64,000 bases of DNA from positions 416,001 to 480,000 of the forward strand of contig CAWBOC010000009.1 of assembly GCA_963790305.1 (NCBI GenBank), in the 5' to 3' direction. The position numbers and the translations under genes are program-made. The first letter of the stretch is position 1, and every line of letters starts with the position of its first letter. The notes under the pieces were generated by a model. It was not told the DNA's origin, ran no database searches, and worked only from the letters and a program-made list of their open reading frames with translations. Source of the stretch: an uncultured Gemmatimonadaceae bacterium. GTDB taxonomy: Bacteria; Gemmatimonadota; Gemmatimonadetes; Gemmatimonadales; Gemmatimonadaceae. This document shows, piece after piece, positions 57,142-64,000 of the stretch.

Positions 57142-57666
57142 ATGCTGATCTCTGACGACGTCAACACCGCGCTCAACGAACAGATCGGTCACGAATTCGC
57201 CGCCTCCGTTCAGTATGTGGCAATCGCCGCTCACTTCGACTGCGAGGGGCTGCCGCAACTCGCCCGCCACTTCTACCGACAGGCCGTCGAAGAGCGCGAC
57301 CATGCAATGCGCTTCGTAAAGTACATCGTCGACGCCGACGGTCGCGTCGAGATACCGGCGATCCCGGCGCCTCGCGCGCGCTTCGCCTCGGCGGAGGACG
57401 CGGTACAGCTCTCGCTCGAAAACGAGATGACGGTCACGAAGCAGATCAATGCGCTGATGGATCTTGCGATCAAGCGAAACGATCACATCACGCGCAATTT
57501 CCTCGAATGGTTCATCAACGAGCAGCTGGAGGAGGTGTCGAGCATGGACACGCTGCTCCGCATGATTCGCCGGGCCGGTGAGAAAGGATTGCTGTTCGTG
57601 GAGAGCTACCTCGCCCAGCATCGCAAGGTACACGACGACGCGCCACCGGTTGAGCAGGAGTCCTGA
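57142..57666 (+). CDS. Ferritin (non-heme)
   Basis: LNEQIGHE, Y, EERDHAM, ENE, WFINEQLEE ferroxidase pattern. Confidence 0.9.
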   Translation: MLISDDVNTALNEQIGHEFAASVQYVAIAAHFDCEGLPQLARHFYRQAVEERDHAMRFVKYIVDADGRVEIPAIPAPRARFASAEDAVQLSLENEMTVTKQINALMDLAIKRNDHITRNFLEWFINEQLEEVSSMDTLLRMIRRAGEKGLLFVESYLAQHRKVHDDAPPVEQES

Positions 57667-59706
<2,040 letters not shown>

Positions 59707-59715
59707 GAATTTGCC

Positions 59716-60270
59716 ATGCCTTCGTTCGATCTCACCGGACATCAGATGGTGGCGCTCAGCCGCCCCTCGCTCGCGGCGCTCCGCACGGCGCTCATTCGCG
59801 ACGCCGGCCCCGCGGCCGCGGCGTATCTCCAGGAAGCCGGCTATGCGGGGGGCGAGACGCTATTCGCGTCGTTCCGCCACTGGCTCGGCACGCGCGGACT
59901 CCCGGAGCCCGAGGATCTCGGACTCGAAGAGTTCGAGCAGCAAGCGTCGGCGTACTTCCGCGACGCCGGATGGGGCTCGCTGCACATCGGCTCCTTGCGC
60001 GATGCGGTCGCGACGCTCGATTCCGCCGATTGGGGGGAGGCCGATCCGGACGCGGGGCTCGACCACCCGGGATGCCACCTCTCCACGGGCATGTTCGCCG
60101 ATTTCTTCGGCCGCATCGCCGACGCGCAGATCGCGGTGCTGGAAGTGGAATGCCGCTCGATGGGCGATCGGCGCTGCCGCTTCCTCCTCGGCAATCACGC
60201 CGTGATGTCGCACGTCTACGAGCAGATGGGGAGCGGCGCGGGGTATGAGGAGGCGGTAGAGAATGTCTAG
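59716..60270 (+). CDS. Stand-alone V4R (4-vinyl reductase-like) domain protein
   Basis: GWG, GCHLSTG, EVECRSMGDRRCRF motifs. Confidence 0.8.
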   Translation: MPSFDLTGHQMVALSRPSLAALRTALIRDAGPAAAAYLQEAGYAGGETLFASFRHWLGTRGLPEPEDLGLEEFEQQASAYFRDAGWGSLHIGSLRDAVATLDSADWGEADPDAGLDHPGCHLSTGMFADFFGRIADAQIAVLEVECRSMGDRRCRFLLGNHAVMSHVYEQMGSGAGYEEAVENV

Positions 60271-60276
60271 AAGAGC

Positions 60277-60391
60277 GAATGCGGAATGCGGAATGCGGAA
60301 GGTCGTAAGACCCTGGGCGAGTAAGGGCTCCGATTAGCTAGTCGGAGCCCTCCGTATTTCCAGGTCTTACAATCTTCCGCATTCCGCATTC
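60277..60391. repeat. Long hairpin with GCGGAAT 7-mer arms between convergent genes (probable bidirectional terminator)
   Basis: gaatgcggaatgcggaatgcggaag..gtaagacc..agggctccga-loop-tcggagccct..ggtcttac..cttccgcattccgcattc. Confidence 0.8.
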
Positions 60392-60922
60392 TCATTTGTC
60401 CTTCAACGCGTCCGCATATTCGGGTCTGATGACCAACTCTCCATCCACGAGCACCTCCCGATCCCAGGGCAGGATGATGAGTGACTCCGTCTCCAGGGCG
60501 GCGAAATCGGGCGAGTAGCTCCCGGTGCGAAAACCCACGGCGGTTCGGACGTCCGCGGCGCCCGCATTCACGATCGCCGCCACCGCGAGGCGCAGCGTAT
60601 CGCCTGAGTCACAGGTTTCGTCGACGACGAGCACATGCTGCCCGATCACGGCGGCGGGGGCGGCGCCGAGAATGGCCGGCGTGTCCCGTGGCTCGTCGGC
60701 GCCGAAGCGCCGGCTCACGATCATCGAGTGAAAGTCCACGTCGAGGATCGCTGCGATCACCGCGCCGGGAATGACCCCGGCATTGGCGATGCCCACAACC
60801 AGGTCAGGGTTGTAGGAGCGAGCGACCTTCAACGCGAGTGCGCGCGAGAGCTCGCCGAATAGAGGCCACTCGACCTCGAGGATGCCGCGAGCGGGGTCGG
60901 TGGTGGCGCGTCGAGGGGTCAT
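60392..60922 (-). CDS. Type I phosphoribosyltransferase family protein
   Basis: PRPP-binding VLVVDETCDSGDTL; C-terminal LPWD. Confidence 0.85.
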   Translation of the reverse strand: MTPRRATTDPARGILEVEWPLFGELSRALALKVARSYNPDLVVGIANAGVIPGAVIAAILDVDFHSMIVSRRFGADEPRDTPAILGAAPAAVIGQHVLVVDETCDSGDTLRLAVAAIVNAGAADVRTAVGFRTGSYSPDFAALETESLIILPWDREVLVDGELVIRPEYADALKDK

Positions 60923-61167
60923 GCGCTGGCCAGCTCCATGTGACGGTTAGGCAGCGGCGACGCGCGCCGGCGTGATGCCGGACACCATCGTGGCAGCTTG
61001 CGAACCGTAAGCTACGCAAGCGCTTCACGGGACGGGAGCGCGGTTGCCGGGCGCCACTCCCATCGGTACCTTTGCGGGGCAGCGGAGCGGGTCTGGGCGT
61101 CATACTTTTGCAAGTCCACTCGCGCGCCTGGGTATCCGCCGCGCACGTTCTCATCGCCCCGTATCAC

Positions 61168-61623
61168 ATGTCCTGGTGGCGCCGTGTCTTCGGCGGGAAC
61201 TCCGAGCGTGTCAGGCCGAAGCGCATCGACTACCTCACCGAGGCGCTCGCGCTCGAGCGTCAGGGTGACTTCGATGCGGCGCTGACCTCGTACCGGCTCG
61301 CCCTGCGCGATCAACCAAACGATCCGCGCATTTTGCAGAACATGGCGATCGCCTTCTCCAAGACGGGCCAGCTGGATGACGCGGTGCGGTCGTATCGCCG
61401 CGCACTGGAGCTCGACCCGCAGCTCTCCGGTGCGCACTACGGCCTCGCCTACCTGCTGCTCAAGCGCGGAGATCTCGCGGGAGCGCAGCGCCACCTGCAC
61501 GCCTTTCTCTCGAACCCACCGAAGAGCGCCGAGGCGGATCGATGGGTGCGGCATGCGCAGCAGACGCTCGATCAGTTGGCATCGAGTGAGGGCTCCGCCG
61601 ACCCCGCGCGGGAGCTCGAGTAG
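61168..61623 (+). CDS. TPR-repeat protein
   Basis: Three TPR-like repeats (GDFDAAL.SYRLAL..P; GQLDDAVRSYRRALELDP; AHYGLA). Confidence 0.8.
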   Translation: MSWWRRVFGGNSERVRPKRIDYLTEALALERQGDFDAALTSYRLALRDQPNDPRILQNMAIAFSKTGQLDDAVRSYRRALELDPQLSGAHYGLAYLLLKRGDLAGAQRHLHAFLSNPPKSAEADRWVRHAQQTLDQLASSEGSADPARELE

Positions 61624-61626
61624 GGC

Positions 61627-62394
61627 GTGGGTGAAGTTCTCGCGGTCGTCAGCCAGAAAGGCGGCGTCGGAAAAACGACCACGGCGGTGAATCTCGCCGC
61701 CGCATTCGCGCGCCGCGGACTGAAGACGCTGATCGTCGATGCCGACCCACAAGGCGCGGTGCGGTACGGCGTGGGGTTGCGACGCGGCCATGCCATTTAT
61801 GGTCTCTCGGACTATCTCAACGGCGCCAAGTCGCTCCGCGAGATCGTGCTGCCCACCGCCCTCCCGTGGATGCGGGTGGTGCTCGCGGGAAGTGTGAGCC
61901 ACGAGGTGGATCAGCGCATGTATCACGAGCTCCTCACCGAAACGGCCCTCCTGCCTCAGCTCTTCGAGGAAGCGCGCAAACGGTGCCATGTCGTCCTCGT
62001 CGACACACCGCCCGGCCTGGGCGACATTGTCCGCAAAGTGCTCGAGGGGAGCCAGCATGTGATCGTTCCGCTGCAGTGCGAGCCCCTTGCCCTGCAGACA
62101 ACGCCACAGATTCTCCGCGGCATCCAGGACGTCATCGACCTCAACGAGGATCTCACGCTCGACGGTCTCGTTCTCACCATGTACGACGCGACCAACGCGG
62201 CGTGCGTGCGTGTCGCAGAGTACGTCAGGCAACACCTGCCGCGGAACATGGTGTTCGATGTCATGGTCCCACGCAGCGCCGCGGCAGCTGACGCGTTCGC
62301 CGCGGGACAGCCGGTGGTCCTTCGCGATCCGGCGGACGCCGCCTCGCAAGCCTACGTGAATCTGGCGACCATCATGGCGGAGCGTTTCTCGTGA
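61627..62394 (+). CDS. ParA/Soj family ATPase (no adjacent parB)
   Basis: QKGGVGKTTT, DADPQG, DTPPG, VPLQCE, LTMYD. Confidence 0.92.
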   Translation: MGEVLAVVSQKGGVGKTTTAVNLAAAFARRGLKTLIVDADPQGAVRYGVGLRRGHAIYGLSDYLNGAKSLREIVLPTALPWMRVVLAGSVSHEVDQRMYHELLTETALLPQLFEEARKRCHVVLVDTPPGLGDIVRKVLEGSQHVIVPLQCEPLALQTTPQILRGIQDVIDLNEDLTLDGLVLTMYDATNAACVRVAEYVRQHLPRNMVFDVMVPRSAAAADAFAAGQPVVLRDPADAASQAYVNLATIMAERFS

Positions 62395-63185
62395 GGCCGG
62401 CGCACCGTCTCCTCGGCGTCCTCGTCGGCATGGGCGCTGTGCACGCGTGCTCCGAGGTCGGCACGGATCCCAACGTGCCCGTCGCGATCGAGATCGATGC
62501 GCCCCTGCTTCCCGCGATCGCGGTCGGCGACAGCTTGCGTGACACGCTGGGCGCGATTGCGACGATCACGGCGCGCGCGCTCAACTCGCGGAACGAGGTC
62601 ATCGCCGGCGCACCGATCAGGTTTTACGCTCTTCGGAACGACTCCGCCATCATCGCGGTCGATAGCGCGACCGGGCGCGTCGCCGGGCTTCGCGCGGGCG
62701 ATGCCGACGTCGTCGCCCAGATAGCCGGACTGCAATCGGTGCGATTGCTGGTACGGGTGACGCCTAGTCCCGACACCGTGTACCCGGTGTCGCCCCTCGT
62801 CGACAGTGTTCTCTACGCTCTGGCCGATGACACCGCCCGGACGATGAGGGTCGAGGTCGCCCGCCGGGATACGACGCTGGACGGGGGAGACACGCTCCGC
62901 CTGGTGCCGCTCTGGCTGGTGCGCTACACCATCGTCGATCCCCCCGATCTCGCGACGAACACCGACACGACGCGGGTGTATATCGCGAATGAATCGAATC
63001 GCTTGTCACGCGTCGACACGACCGATGCCGCGAATGGCGCGAGCCGGCGAATCCGATTTCCCATCGGCGCTGTGAGTGACACGGCGCGTCGGACGTTCGT
63101 CACCGAGGTTGTGGTGATGCGCCCGGATGGAACACCCCTTCCCGGCTCACCGCTCCTGTTCATCACCGTGATCCGTCCCCGCTGA
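62391..63185 (+). CDS. Putative lipoprotein with Ig-like domain
   Basis: Lipobox-like AVHAC; beta-rich IAVDSATGRVAGLRAGDADV pattern. Confidence 0.6.
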   Translation: MRPAHRLLGVLVGMGAVHACSEVGTDPNVPVAIEIDAPLLPAIAVGDSLRDTLGAIATITARALNSRNEVIAGAPIRFYALRNDSAIIAVDSATGRVAGLRAGDADVVAQIAGLQSVRLLVRVTPSPDTVYPVSPLVDSVLYALADDTARTMRVEVARRDTTLDGGDTLRLVPLWLVRYTIVDPPDLATNTDTTRVYIANESNRLSRVDTTDAANGASRRIRFPIGAVSDTARRTFVTEVVVMRPDGTPLPGSPLLFITVIRPR

Positions 63186-63188
63186 CCC

Positions 63189-64000
63189 ATGGCTACCGCC
63201 GTCGACTCCCGCCGCATCGTCAGCGGCGGCCCTCCCCCCACGCCGGGGACACTGGCCCAACTCTTCTTCGACGCCGTCGAGCGCTACGACAAGCCTGACG
63301 CGCTCCAGTCGAAGGTGAATGGCGTCTACCAGCCCCTCTCGCACCGGACTGTGGCCACGCGGGTGCAGCACATCGGGCTGGGGCTTCGCGCGCTGGGGGT
63401 GGAGCGCGGCGCCCGCGTCGGGATTCTTTCGGAGAACCGGCCCGAATGGGCAATCGCCGATTACGCGTGCCTGACGACGGGGCTGGTCGACGTGCCGGTC
63501 TATCCGACGCTGCCAGCCGAGCAAATCGCCTACATCCTCAAGGATGCGGGGGTGGTTGCGCTGTTCGTCTCGACCGACGTCCAGGCGGCGAAGGTGGCGG
63601 AGATCAGGCCGGGCCTTCCGGCGTTGCGCCAGGTCATCGGATTAGGCGAGAAGCTGTGGCCGGGCGTCGACATCACGTTCGCTGACCTCGAAGCAAGAGG
63701 AAAGAACGCGGCGGCGTCGGTGTCGGCGGAGCGTTACCGCCAGGACGCCCTTACCGCGAGGCCCGACGACCTCGCGACGCTCATCTACACGTCGGGAACG
63801 ACGGGCGAGCCAAAGGGCGTCATGCTGACCCACGACAACTTCTACTCGAACGTCGCGGTGTGCGCCGATGTGCTGCCTTTCAGAAACGATGTCGCGCTGA
63901 GCTTTCTGCCGCTGTCGCACGTCTTCGAGCGGATGGGGGACTATCTCATGATGGCGTGCGGCGTCTCGATCGCCTATGCGGAATCGATCGATACCGTGCC
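63189..64000 (+). CDS. Long-chain fatty acid--CoA ligase (AMP-binding), truncated by window end
   Basis: MATAVDSRR...; SENRPEW, LIYTSGTTGEPKGVMLTH, SFLPLSHVFER. Confidence 0.92.
   Translation, partial: MATAVDSRRIVSGGPPPTPGTLAQLFFDAVERYDKPDALQSKVNGVYQPLSHRTVATRVQHIGLGLRALGVERGARVGILSENRPEWAIADYACLTTGLVDVPVYPTLPAEQIAYILKDAGVVALFVSTDVQAAKVAEIRPGLPALRQVIGLGEKLWPGVDITFADLEARGKNAAASVSAERYRQDALTARPDDLATLIYTSGTTGEPKGVMLTHDNFYSNVAVCADVLPFRNDVALSFLPLSHVFERMGDYLMMACGVSIAYAESIDTV

Overview
GC-rich bacterial chromosome segment, probably Gemmatimonadota-like (inferred from protein character and gene order, not from a database search). Bases ~1-4315 hold a lasso-peptide (RiPP) gene cluster on the minus strand. 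It encodes PqqD/B1, a B2 leader peptidase, an asparagine-synthetase-like cyclase, TWO tandem precursor peptides with unusually long Cys-containing cores ending in Arg-Ser, an HPr-kinase-like kinase and the start of an ABC ATPase. The cluster sits right after a terminator that ends rpsL-rpsG with no fusA. Bases 4.7-20 kb are the core transcription/translation block (rpsG, rpsL, rpoC, rpoB, rplL, rplJ, rplA, rplK, nusG, secE, rpmG, tuf, 4 tRNAs). The rest is mostly housekeeping and accessory genes: cysS, a PspA operon, sdaAB/AA, uvrA, cutA, a transglutaminase-ABC operon, a degenerate ccmF, UDG, glpK, mtnA, TopIB, recF-DUF721-gyrB, a nucleoside phosphorylase, a DivK/PleD-like module, a secreted serine protease plus a stand-alone pro-domain protein, a DUF853 ATPase, ferritin, ligA, V4R, ParA and an acyl-CoA ligase. 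At least six single-base frameshifts, one in essential rpoC, point to uncorrected sequencing indels rather than pseudogenes. Intergenic regions carry hairpins built from 7-mer or 9-mer tandem repeats, and a (G)CCTAAC(G) word recurs throughout.
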